Part shown: positions 1 to 9,904 of the stretch, one piece after another
How positions within the stretch are numbered: the stretch's first letter is position 1
Layout of the letters: each line of letters opens with the position of its first letter
Source of the DNA: an uncultured Acidobacteriota bacterium
GTDB taxonomy: Bacteria; Acidobacteriota; UBA4820; DSQY01
Assembly: GCA_963724125.1 (NCBI GenBank)
Contig: CAVRTJ010000034.1
Coordinates: forward strand, 18,237 to 82,236
Direction: 5' to 3'
Length of the DNA: 64,000 bases
Translations under genes and position numbers: made by a program
Notes under the pieces: generated by a model
What the model was told of the DNA's origin: nothing
What the model saw: only the letters and a program-made list of their open reading frames with translations
Database searches by the model: none

Positions 1-3000
1 ATCACGGTGAACATGCACAATACGATCGTGTGGGCTAGCCAGAGTGATTTTGTCAAGAACGGAGGCGGTACCTTCGTCGATGACGGCCACAACTTCGACA
101 GCGACGGGACGAGCGGGTTTACCAACGGCGTGAACGGCGACATCGTGGGCACGGCGGGTTCGCCGCTGAATCCCGGGATCCGCCCGCTGGCCGATAACGG
201 CGGTCCGGTCAAAACCCAGGCCCTCCTGCCCGGCAGCGCGTGCATGGACGCCGGCGACCCGACTTTCTCCAATTCGGCGCCCACCGTGGACGCGCGCGGT
301 GCCACCCGCTCGGGCCCCGACGCTGACGGCAACGGGGACGGCACCTCCGCTCCGGACATCGGCGCCTACGAGTACCAGCGCTACGTGGTGGTCAACACGA
401 ACGACAGCGGAGCCGGATCCCTGCGCGACGCCATCGACCACTCGAACACCTACGGCGGCGAGGTGGCCTTCGCCATCCTGCCCGTCGGCACCGGTACAGG
501 CCATCAGTCCGGCGTCGCCGCTTCCCACTATTTCTCTGCCGACCTTCGTGGACGGCTGGAGCCAGGGCGGGACCGGCTACAAGGGGCCGCCGCTGGTGCG
601 TGTAGACGGGACCTCCGCAGGGCACGGCGCCGTCTGTCTGAACGTTGAGGCGCCGTACACCACCGTGCGGGGCGTGGACGCCACTGCGTTCGGCATCGGC
701 ATTGAAATTTCGGGAAGCGCCCACGACGTCTGGATCTACGGGTGCTACGTCGGCGTGGAAATGGACGGCACGACCGCGGCCGGCAATCTGGAGATCGGCG
801 TCTTTGAACTGCCCGGACCCTCGCAGGTCCTCATCGGGACCAACGCGGACGGCGTGGACGACGCGGCCGAGCGCAACGTCATCGCGGGCAACGGCATCGG
901 CACCGGCTTCGAAAACGTCCTGCTCAGGGGATCGAGCACGACCGTGGCCGGGAACTACATCGGCCTGGGCGCCGACGGGACCACGGCCCTCGGCGACGGC
1001 ACCGGCGTCACCGTGCTGACTCCGGGGAACATCATCGGCGGGACCGCCCCCCACGCGGGAAACGTCATTTCGGGTAACCACAACGAGGGCGTGGGCATCC
1101 TCACCGATCACACCACCGTTCAGGGCAACCTCATCGGGACTACGGCGGACGGCCTCTCGCCCCTGGGGAACGGGGGCGCCGGCGTCGTCATCTACAACTA
1201 CCACGGGAAGGACACCCACAACCTCATCGGCGGCTCGTCGTCCTCCGCGCGCAACGTGATCTGCTACAACAGCACCGACGGCGTCTCGCTGTACAACGGC
1301 GCCTCGAACGAGACGGTCCAGGGGAACTACATCGGCGTCGGCTCGGACGGCGTCACCCTCATGGGCAACCATTACCAGGGCGTGTACGTGACTGGATCCG
1401 ATAACACCGTCTCCGGCAACGTGCTCTCCGGAAATGGCGACTCCGGCGTCACTCTCACAGGCACCGGCGCCACCGGCAACGTCGTGGCCGGCAACCTGAT
1501 CGGCGTGGACGCCACGGGTCTGGTCGACGTGGGCAACGTGGGACCCGGGGTGCGTATCAGCAACGGCGCCAACCACAACCGAATCGGGACCGATTCCGGC
1601 GCAGCGAACAGCGATGACCGCAACGTGATCGCATGCAACAACCGCGACGGCGGCGGCATCTACTACGACAACGCGAATGTTCTCCTTAAGGACTCCGGCA
1701 CGGACTCCAACACGATCAGCGGAAACTGGATCGGGCTCGACAAGACCGGCGCGGCGACCTTCTCTCCCAACGGCGGGCCACGCGGGATCATATTGGTCGC
1801 CGGTCCCTCGAACAACACCATCGGGGGCACGACGGTCTACACGCGCAACGTCATCTCGGGCAACCAGCACACGGGCGTCGAAATCGTCGGATCGGGCACA
1901 AACGCCAACGTGATCGAAGGCAACTACGTGGGCACCGACTTCACCGGCACGAAAGCGATCGGCAACAACCACGGGATCCAGACGTACTACACGGGCAATG
2001 CCGGCACCCGGATCGGCGGGACGGCCGCAGGCGAGGGCAACCTCATCTCCGGCAACCACTACAACGGCATCAACTTCGACGATAACACGACCCAGGGCAC
2101 GCTCGTCGAAGGCAACCTCATCGGTACGGCCGCCGACGGCACGTCGGCCCTGGGCAACTCCGCCAACGGTCTGGCCTTTTACGGCGCGTCCGGCTGCACC
2201 GTGGGCGGATTCGACGCCGCCGACGCCAACGTGATCGCCGCCAACGGACAGGCGGGCATCGCGGTCTACTACGGCACCGGCGACACGTTCGAGGGCAACA
2301 GCATCCACGACAACGGCGGCCTGGGCATCGACCTGGGCGGCAACGGCGTCACGCCGAACCAGGGTTGTCAGCCGAGCGGGCCGAACCACTGGCAGGCCTA
2401 CCCTGTCCTGTCCGTCACGCCCACCGAGGTGAACGGAACCCTCTCCAGTTGTCCCAACGCCGACTACAGGATCGAATTCTTCGCGAGCCCGTCGCCCGAT
2501 CCCTCGGGGTACGGCGAGGGGCAGACCTTCCTGGGCGCCATCCCCGTCACGACCGACGGCGCGGGCAACGCCTCCTTCAGCTACGCCTACACCTCGGGCA
2601 CGCCCGCGCCGGCCATCACGGCTACGGCCACCCTGCTCGACACCGGCGACACGTCCGAGTTCTCGGCGGCGTGCGGGGTCGTGAGCCTCGGGCCGTCCGC
2701 CCTCAAGACCGCCACGGCCAGCCTGCCCTACACCCAGCAGCTCACGGCCTCCATGGCCATCCCCGGCGGCTCGGGCTTCACCTTCGCCCTGGCACCGGGC
2801 AGCCAGTTGCCGGCGGGTCTTTCGCTTTCGACCGGCGGCCTCATCACCGGCACGCCCACCGTGGTCGGCGACTTTTCCTTCACCGTCGTGGCCACCGAAA
2901 TCACCGCCGGCCACGACCCCTGCTCAGGCAGCCGGAAATTCTCGCTCAGCGTCGTCTGTCCGACCATCCTGATCACCCCGGCCACCCTGCCCGCGGGCGT

Positions 3001-3529
3001 CAAGGGCCAGAGCTATACCGTGAAGCTCACCCCCTCGGCCGGCGTCCCGCCCTTCGATTTCCAACTGAAGTCGGGCAACCTGCCTCAGGGTTTGACGCTT
3101 GCCTCCGACGGCACCATCAGCGGGGCGTATGCCGGCACCGGCACGACCGCCTTCACGATCGAGGTCACCGACAAAAACGGGTGCACGGGACAGCAGTCGT
3201 ACACGGTCAGCGTCTTCAACCTGAGCTATCACGACGACTCGGGAAGGTCGGTCCTCTGCGTGGATACCACGACGGGGGCCTACCGGTGGGCGGTCCTTTC
3301 GGGCATCCATGCGGGTAAGGTCTACACCGGCACGCTGCACGTCTACAACAGAGGAACCCTCTTTTGGAGCCAGGGCGGGCCGGGCCCGACCATCATCTTC
3401 AACTACTTTCCTTCAAGCCACGTGGCGTGGGGTTTCCTCTACGATTCCTCGACCCCCGTCTATTCGAGGCTCCACGACTCGAACACGCTTAACGATCCAT
3501 CCGGTTGCGGCGCCCTGCCGCCCGTCTGA
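1..3529 (+). CDS. Secreted multi-module parallel beta-helix repeat protein with C-terminal He_PIG-type Ig-like repeats; 5' end outside window; apparent frameshift near 495-530
   Basis: Frame +1 from position 1 reads the end of one beta-helix module (ADNGGPVKTQALLPGSACMDAGDP...DIGAYEY) and the start of the next (VVNTNDSGAGSLRDAIDHSN...EVAFAILPVGTG). From about 530 the sense continues in the +2 frame (ORF 299-3529) with ISLPTFVDGWSQ and many NVISGN/GNYIG turn motifs. The C-terminal part has two repeats of the LP.G..LS...G.ITGTPT Ig-like pattern. Stop TGA at 3527-3529. Confidence 0.75.
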
Positions 3530-3557
3530 CCGGAAGGCCGACAACATCCACACACCG

Positions 3558-3584
3558 GCGCGGGGCTTCGGCCCCGCGCTTTTT
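3558..3584 (+). terminator. Rho-independent terminator after the beta-helix gene
   Basis: Perfect 9-bp GC stem gcgcggggc/gccccgcgc with ttcg loop, followed by ttttt, about 30 nt after the stop codon. Confidence 0.6.
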
Positions 3585-3908
3585 CGTGCGGTGCTTCTTC
3601 GACGGCCCCCCGGCCTTTTCCAACTTTGGCCTTTACCCTTCCCCTCTTTGCCGCGCCGAGATCCGAAAGGGATTGGGGCCGCCCGCTTTCTTGCTTCTCG
3701 AAGACGACGGATGGGCACCGCCTCCCAAGCGGCGTCGCGCATTAGTTTCCTATAGCTCTTGCGTGTAGGGCGAGCCCCACACGTGTTCATCAGCAGTCTG
3801 TTATCCCCGTCCGTTGTCCCTTTTCTCTGGCGCTCGGGCCGCGACTTTTCGGTTGCCTCCATCGTGATCCGGCCTTAAATTGCAGACAAAGCAATGAGGA
3901 GGTTCGTC

Positions 3909-6900
3909 ATGAAACGGGACAGGGCATGTAAGAGGTGGACCTGTGTCTCCGTGATCCTCGTGGCACTGGGGCTGGGGCTCAGCCTCGGTACCCAGGCCCA
4001 GGATTACGGTACGCCCATGGCATGGGGGAACAACGGAGCAGGACAACTTGGCGACGGAACAACCGCCGGCAGTAACCTCGCCGTGCAGACATCGGGTCTC
4101 ACCCACGTTTCCGCGGTCACAGGAGGCGGCCACCACTCGTTGGCACTCCGGGCGGACGGCACCGTCTGGGCCTGGGGAATCAACAATCAGGGGCAACTCG
4201 GCAACGGGACGACGACGGGCTCTACGGTCCCCGTGCAGGTCCTCGGTCTTACAGACATCAAGGCCATCGCGGCAGGGTACAACCATTCTCTCGTCATAGG
4301 GGCCGACGGCACGATCTGGGCCTGGGGCTGTAACAGCAGCGGCCAGCTCGGCACAGGCGACGACACCCTCCGCCTTAGCCCGATTCAGGTTCCGGGCCTC
4401 ACCGAAGTTGTGGCTGTTGCGGCGGGCAAGGAGCACTCCCTCGCCGTCAGGGCGAACGGCACCGTCTGGGCCTGGGGAGCCAACGGTTCCGGGCAGCTCG
4501 GCGATGGGACGATAACCGAAAGGTACGCGCCCGTGCAGGTGACCGGGCTCTCGGAGATCACCGGCGTCGCTGCCGGCAAATACCACTCCCTCGCCGTCAT
4601 GGCCGACGGCACGATCTGGGCCTGGGGCTATAACGCGAGCGGCCAGCTGGGCAACGGCGGCAACATGGACAGCCACGTGCCGGTGCAGGTCTCCGGCCTG
4701 TCGGGCGTCGCGGCCGCAACGGCCGGCGATTCCCATTCCATGGCCCTATCAGGCGACGGTACCGTCTGGACTTGGGGGGCTAACGACAGGGGCCAGCTCG
4801 GCGACGGGACCATGGCCGACAGCAACCTGCCCATGCAGGTTACCGGCCTTACCGGGGTCACCGCCCTCGAGGGTGGTTACTGCCATTCCCTCGCCCTAAA
4901 GACCAACGGGCGGGTCATGGGCTGGGGCGGCAACGATATCGGGCAGCTCGGCGACGGGACGAATACCGACAGGCACGTGCCCGTACAGGTTTCCGGCCTC
5001 GAGGGCGTTACGGCCATCGCTGCGGGCTGGGAGCATTCGCTCTCGGTCAACAACGCGCCGCCGGCCTGGGCATGGGGTCGAAACGACTACGGCCAGCTCG
5101 GCGACTCGGACACGACAGATGCCAGCGTCGCCGTCCAGGTGTCCGGCCTCGTCCTTTCGACCGTAGCGGGGGGATACTTTCACGGTCTCGCACTGGAGCC
5201 CAACGGCATGGCGTGGGCCTGGGGACGAAACATCTACGGACAACTGGGAACCGGCGACTTCATCAATACTTCCTACCCCGTTCCGGTGACGAGCCTCACG
5301 GAAGCCCGGGCCCTGTCGTCGGGCGCGAACCACTCGCTGGCCATAGAGTACGACGGAACCCTCTGGGCGTGGGGGGCCAACGGCAGCGGCCAGCTCGGCG
5401 ACGGGACGCTCGCGGACCGCGCAGTGCCCATAAGGGTTCCTGGGCTGTCGGGCGTTAAGGCCGCCGGCGAAGGCTGGGCCAACACGCTGGCGCTTCTGAG
5501 CGACGGCACAGTGTGGGCGTGGGGAATGAACTCTTCCGGCGAACTCGGCGACGGAACAACCGTCGACAAGACCTCTCCCGTTCAGGTGCCGGGCTTGACC
5601 GGTATCAAGACCATGGGATCGGGCATGGGATTCGGCTTCGCCATCAGGGCCGACGGCACCCTCTGGACGTGGGGGGCTAACGACCACGGTCAGCTCGGCG
5701 ACGGGACGACCACCAACCGCACCTCTCCTATCCAGGTTCCGGGCCTCGTGAACGTTACGGCGGCAGCGGGCGGCCGGTACCATGCGCTGGCCTTGAAGAG
5801 CGACGGTACGGCTTGGACGTGGGGGTCGAACGAGTACGGCCAGCTCGGCCTGGGCGACACAATCGACCGCTCCGGCCCGGTTCAGATCTCGAGCCTCACG
5901 GGCATTGTAGCCATCGCGGCAGGCCGGTATCATTGCCTCGCCCTCCGGGCCGACGGGACGGTATGGGCCTGGGGATACAACTTCTACGGCGGTCTTGGAA
6001 TCGGGACGAGCGGGCCGAACGCGCACAGCTCTGTACCCATTCAGGTTCTCGACGTCGAAGACGCCACGGCCATTTCGGGAGGCGCGTTTCACTCCTTCGC
6101 CATCGCGCCCAGGCCGCCTTGCACGATCACATGTACAGCCACGGCATCGGCCTCCTCCGGCACGGCGCCGCTGAAGGTGTCCTTCACGGCGACGGCCACC
6201 CCGTCGAACTGCACGGGCGATCCGGCGTACGCCTGGGACTTCACGACCGACGGCGCGACCGACGACACCGCGCAGAATCCGGTCCACACCTACGACACAC
6301 CGGGGACCTTCACGTGGACCATGACTGTCACGGCATACGGCGCGATGTGCACCAAGATCGGTACGATCACCGTCACCACCGACGATACGCCCCCCGAAAC
6401 GTCGATGGCGTCGGGCCAGTGCGGGACGACCATCGACTCGACCTCTACGACTTTCTCCTGGGCAGGGACAGACAACGCCACGCCCGCTGGTAGCCTCGTC
6501 TACGCATACCGGCTGGACGGCGATTCATGGTCGGTGTTCGGCCCGGACACGGCCAAAACATACACCGGGCTTACCAACGGAACCCACAGTTTTAGCGTTA
6601 AGGCCAAGGACCTCGCGGGCAACGAAGACCCAAGCCCGGCGACGTGCGCCGTCGAGGTGAATCACGACCCGCCCGTCGTTTCGTTCATGCACAAGGTGGG
6701 CTCGCCCTTCCGGATCAAGGTTATGGGCAGCAACTTGCAGGACGGTATCCAGGTTTTCATCAACGGGGAATTCTGGGGTGATACCAGCAACCGATACCTC
6801 GTCAAGTGGAAGAACACCGGCAAGATCGTCGTGAAGAAGGGCTCGGCCCTAAAGGCTGCCGTGCCCAAGCACACCACGACGACCTTTCGCTTCGTGAACC

Positions 6901-6941
6901 CAGGCGGCGGCTGGGCCACTATGGACTTCACCTGGCCGTGA
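3909..6941 (+). CDS. Secreted RCC1-repeat (beta-propeller) protein with C-terminal PKD-like and Y_Y_Y-like beta-sandwich domains
   Basis: More than 12 tandem repeats of the RCC1 signature (WAWG.N..GQLGDGT ... HSLAL). N-terminal signal peptide MKRDRACKRWTCVSVILVALGLGLSLGTQAQ. SD GAGGAGG 6 nt upstream of the ATG at 3909; the ORF track start at 3894 is less likely. C-terminal region has a PKD-like segment (SFTATATPSN...YAWDF) and a YAYRLDGDSW...GTHSFSVKAKDLAGNEDPSPA motif. Confidence 0.85.
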   Translation: MKRDRACKRWTCVSVILVALGLGLSLGTQAQDYGTPMAWGNNGAGQLGDGTTAGSNLAVQTSGLTHVSAVTGGGHHSLALRADGTVWAWGINNQGQLGNGTTTGSTVPVQVLGLTDIKAIAAGYNHSLVIGADGTIWAWGCNSSGQLGTGDDTLRLSPIQVPGLTEVVAVAAGKEHSLAVRANGTVWAWGANGSGQLGDGTITERYAPVQVTGLSEITGVAAGKYHSLAVMADGTIWAWGYNASGQLGNGGNMDSHVPVQVSGLSGVAAATAGDSHSMALSGDGTVWTWGANDRGQLGDGTMADSNLPMQVTGLTGVTALEGGYCHSLALKTNGRVMGWGGNDIGQLGDGTNTDRHVPVQVSGLEGVTAIAAGWEHSLSVNNAPPAWAWGRNDYGQLGDSDTTDASVAVQVSGLVLSTVAGGYFHGLALEPNGMAWAWGRNIYGQLGTGDFINTSYPVPVTSLTEARALSSGANHSLAIEYDGTLWAWGANGSGQLGDGTLADRAVPIRVPGLSGVKAAGEGWANTLALLSDGTVWAWGMNSSGELGDGTTVDKTSPVQVPGLTGIKTMGSGMGFGFAIRADGTLWTWGANDHGQLGDGTTTNRTSPIQVPGLVNVTAAAGGRYHALALKSDGTAWTWGSNEYGQLGLGDTIDRSGPVQISSLTGIVAIAAGRYHCLALRADGTVWAWGYNFYGGLGIGTSGPNAHSSVPIQVLDVEDATAISGGAFHSFAIAPRPPCTITCTATASASSGTAPLKVSFTATATPSNCTGDPAYAWDFTTDGATDDTAQNPVHTYDTPGTFTWTMTVTAYGAMCTKIGTITVTTDDTPPETSMASGQCGTTIDSTSTTFSWAGTDNATPAGSLVYAYRLDGDSWSVFGPDTAKTYTGLTNGTHSFSVKAKDLAGNEDPSPATCAVEVNHDPPVVSFMHKVGSPFRIKVMGSNLQDGIQVFINGEFWGDTSNRYLVKWKNTGKIVVKKGSALKAAVPKHTTTTFRFVNPGGGWATMDFTWP

Positions 6942-7299
6942 TCGGTTACGGCAAACGGGGCCCTCTCGAGCCCTCCTGACTCTTCGCGACCGGGCGGGCA
7001 GGTTCCCGCCGGCCGAAAGCCCAAGTCGAGGACTCAGACCAGCAGGGTCCCGGCCGGCGCTGGGCGCGTGCTATGCAGCGAAGGATCACTGGTCCTGTGG
7101 GATCGGATACCCATGCGCCTTTCGGCACGGTGACCCAGCCAGCAAGCGATCGCGTCGGGAGCGGGCCTTTTAAGCACACCCGAAACCCTCAGCCCTCCCA
7201 ATGATTGCATCCTGGGGTGGCGGGGGGTTGACGATCTATGGTCCATGGACGGCCGTAGACGGCCCCGCGCGGGGGCGGCGGGGGCAGCCGGATGCCGCC

Positions 7300-8874
7300 C
7301 TAGGGCCGGCTCTCGTGCGGCCCGTGGCCCGACAGGCCGCGGTTCGCACCGCGGCGGAGGACGTTGTACACGAAGTGCCGCGCCCGGCTGGATGGCTGGT
7401 GCGCCGAACGCCTGGCGATGGAGCCGAGCCGGTAGAACTCTCTTCGCGCCCAGAGGAACCCCTCCCACAACTGCTCGGGCGTCATGTGCGCCGGCCGGAT
7501 GACCACCCTGTCCTGCGTGTACCGGTCCCAGTCGCGGGTGAGGATCCGGCCTTCGCCGGCCAGGCGCTCGTGCAGGCGGGTGCCGGGGTAAGGCGTGAGG
7601 AGCTGGAAGGTGCCGGTGCTCAGGTTGACGGACTGGGCCCACGCGACGGTTTTCTCGAAAACGTCGGGCGTGTCCTCGTCCAGGCCGAAGATGAAAGAGC
7701 CCTCCACGGCGATCCCGTGGTCCTGCAGGCGGCGCACGCCATCCTCGGGCGGGCCCGCCGCGCCGAGCTTGCGGAAACGCTCCGGCCCGCTCCTGCCGAT
7801 CGTCTCCAGGCCCAACAGCAGGCCCATGCAGCCGCTCTTCCGCGCAAGGTCCATCAGCCCGGCGTCTTTGGCGATGCTGAGGGAGGCCTGGGAAACCCAC
7901 CGCTTCCCCATGGGCGCCAGGCCCGCCAGCAGCTCGGCGCAGTAGGCCGGGCTCGCGTTGATGTTGTCGTCGAGAAAGAGCACGAACCGCCCGGGCAGCG
8001 CCTCGACCTGCTCGAGCACGTCGCGCAGCGGCCGGTGCCGGAACCGCCGCCCGAACACTGGCACGACGGAGCAGAAGTCGCAGTCCCAGGGACAGCCCCG
8101 CGCCGTCTGCACGAGGTTCCGCGTGAGGTACCGGATGCCGTTCCCGGCGTCCGTCCGGGGCGGCGGCACGCCGTCGAGCGGGAAGTTCTCTGGGGCCGCG
8201 TACCTGGGCTGGAGGGCCTTCTTCTCGAAGTCGGCCAGGAGCCGGGGCAGGACCGGTTCGGCCTCCCCCACCACCACGGCGTCGGCGTGGGCGGCGGCCT
8301 CGTCCGGCAGCGTGGACGGGTGGATGCCGCCCAGCACCACGGGGACGCCGGCCGCCCGGGCGCGATCCGCGAGCGCGTAGGCGCACCCCGCCTGGGCGGT
8401 CATGGCCGTGATGCCCACTAGGTCGGCCTCGAAGGGTCCGGGGAAGACGCCCTGCGCGTTCTCGTCCCACAGAACCACGTCCCAGTGGGCGGGGGCCAGC
8501 GCGGCCACCTGGAAGAGGCTGACCGGCGGCAACTGGAAGAACCGGATCCAGTTGGACGTGTTTTTCCACGGGTTGATCAGCAACAGCTTCGGCATTCGCG
8601 CCCTCCGTTCCGTCTTCACGGCCCGTCTGTCCCTCCGATCCCTTCGTTCTTCCCGTTTCTGTATCATGTCCTTGATATCGTGCAACTCCTTCGACAAATC
8701 CCTGGCGGCCACGCTGTTCTTGTAGGCCATCACGATCAGTTTTACCGACACGAGAAGGACACCGGCCTCCAACAGCAGATCGTGCGTCAGGCCCTTGGCG
8801 AACAGCGCCAACCCGAATAGGCCGAAGGTGACGACGATGATCACGAGCGACCCGGCGTCGAAGTGCTCACGCAT
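7300..8874 (-). CDS. B12-binding radical SAM protein with an N-terminal ~90-aa two-helix membrane extension
   Basis: From MPKLLLINPW the sequence has the cobalamin-binding-domain pattern followed by the radical SAM cysteine motif CPWDCDFC (CxxxCxxC). In-frame upstream extension MREHFDAGSLVIIVVTFGLFGLALF...LLVSVKLIVMAY has two hydrophobic helices and an Arg-rich linker. SD AGGAG precedes the ATG at 8874; a second strong SD GGAGGG lies 6 nt before the internal ATG at 8595, which is an alternative start. Confidence 0.8.
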   Translation of the reverse strand: MREHFDAGSLVIIVVTFGLFGLALFAKGLTHDLLLEAGVLLVSVKLIVMAYKNSVAARDLSKELHDIKDMIQKREERRDRRDRRAVKTERRARMPKLLLINPWKNTSNWIRFFQLPPVSLFQVAALAPAHWDVVLWDENAQGVFPGPFEADLVGITAMTAQAGCAYALADRARAAGVPVVLGGIHPSTLPDEAAAHADAVVVGEAEPVLPRLLADFEKKALQPRYAAPENFPLDGVPPPRTDAGNGIRYLTRNLVQTARGCPWDCDFCSVVPVFGRRFRHRPLRDVLEQVEALPGRFVLFLDDNINASPAYCAELLAGLAPMGKRWVSQASLSIAKDAGLMDLARKSGCMGLLLGLETIGRSGPERFRKLGAAGPPEDGVRRLQDHGIAVEGSFIFGLDEDTPDVFEKTVAWAQSVNLSTGTFQLLTPYPGTRLHERLAGEGRILTRDWDRYTQDRVVIRPAHMTPEQLWEGFLWARREFYRLGSIARRSAHQPSSRARHFVYNVLRRGANRGLSGHGPHESRP

Positions 8875-9010
8875 TCCCGCTCCTGTCCGCGCCGTGCGCC
8901 GGCCGGAGCATGAGGCAGGCGACGTCAGCAAGAAGCGCCGCGACGCCCGCCACCACGAGGGATGCGCCCGTCTCCCCGAACGCAGGCCCGGTCAGAATGT
9001 TTGAACCCAT
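8867..9010 (-). CDS. Hypothetical 47-aa small protein with one hydrophobic helix, translationally coupled to the radical SAM gene
   Basis: ATG at 9010 preceded by GGAGG at 5-nt spacing. Product MGSNILTGPAFGETGASLVVAGVAALLADVACLMLRPAHGADRSGNA. Its stop TGA overlaps the ATG of the downstream radical SAM gene (ATGCGTGA). No family recognised; could be a spurious ORF. Confidence 0.3.
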   Translation of the reverse strand: MGSNILTGPAFGETGASLVVAGVAALLADVACLMLRPAHGADRSGNA

Positions 9011-9261
9011 TCGTGCCTCCATTCGGCTGTCGCGGGCACACCCGGCGCCCTCTCGGCGTTCGAGGCGTCCCCGAATCGACCGTTGGCAAGCCTGATCATT
9101 TGTCACCTGTGTTCAGTATACCGTATTTCGCCGCGGACCCGGCCATGTCCCCGGGCCTGAAATAGCCTGGGCGGTTCACGGGTTTCCTAAGACGACGCAT
9201 GTGGACGAAGGCGTGGTCCGGGAATGGGCGCGCCTCTTGACCCGTATAGGAAGGAGACCTA

Positions 9262-9894
9262 GTGAGACATTCGACACTCAGGCACATCGTACTGGCAATC
9301 GGCATAACGGCCATGGTCGGCGCGGCGGCGCTCGCCGCCGAACCAGCCACGCAGAACTACAAGATAGACCCCGCCAATTCGTCGGTCGGCTTCAGCATCC
9401 GCCACCTCGTTTCCAGGGTGCAGGGCCAGTTCGACGCCTTCTCGGGTGAAGTGCGCGTCGACGCCGCGGACTCCGCCGCCTCGTCCGTCTCGTTCACCAT
9501 CCAGACGGCCTCCATCGACACGCACGTCGCCATGCGCGACAAGGACCTGCGGTCGGCCAACTTCTTCGACGCCGCGAAGTTCCCCACGATCACGTTTAAG
9601 AGCACGAAGATGGTCGAAAAGGGGAAGGACCGCTACGACGTCTACGGCACGCTGACCATGCACGGCGTCGCAAAGGACGTTGTTCTGCCCGTCGTCTACA
9701 CCGGCAGGATCAAGGACCCGTGGGGCAACGAGCGGTTGGGCTTCACCATCGAGACGACGCTCGACCGCAAGGACTACGGGATCGTCTGGAACAAGGTGCT
9801 CGACGACGGGAGCGTCTTACTGGGCAACGACGTGGCCGTTACCATCCACATCGAGGCGGTCAGGCCGCTGCACCCCCGCAAGAAGTCAAAGTAG
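9262..9894 (+). CDS. yceI: YceI-like periplasmic polyisoprenoid-binding protein
   Basis: Signal peptide followed by the YceI-family pattern (YKIDPANSSVGFSIRHLVSRVQGQF...TITFKST...YDVYGTLTMHGV). GTG start at 9262 with SD AAGGAGA. Divergent from the radical SAM gene. Confidence 0.85.
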   Translation: MRHSTLRHIVLAIGITAMVGAAALAAEPATQNYKIDPANSSVGFSIRHLVSRVQGQFDAFSGEVRVDAADSAASSVSFTIQTASIDTHVAMRDKDLRSANFFDAAKFPTITFKSTKMVEKGKDRYDVYGTLTMHGVAKDVVLPVVYTGRIKDPWGNERLGFTIETTLDRKDYGIVWNKVLDDGSVLLGNDVAVTIHIEAVRPLHPRKKSK

Positions 9895-9904
9895 GCAACT
9901 CGTT

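Noticed and set aside
392-2914. 840-aa ORF on the minus strand overlapping the beta-helix gene
   Set aside because: Antisense to a gene with clear repeat-family conservation; Gly/Arg/Ala-rich low-complexity translation typical of spurious ORFs in high-GC DNA; no start context.
3801-6287. Minus-strand ORFs (311 aa and 463 aa) overlapping the RCC1-repeat gene
   Set aside because: Antisense to a strongly supported gene; Arg/Gly/Pro-rich translation without recognisable motifs.
7034-8569. 511-aa minus-strand ORF and 406-aa plus-strand ORF overlapping the radical SAM gene
   Set aside because: Alternative frames of the same DNA; only the frame containing the CxxxCxxC and cobalamin-domain motifs gives a recognisable protein.
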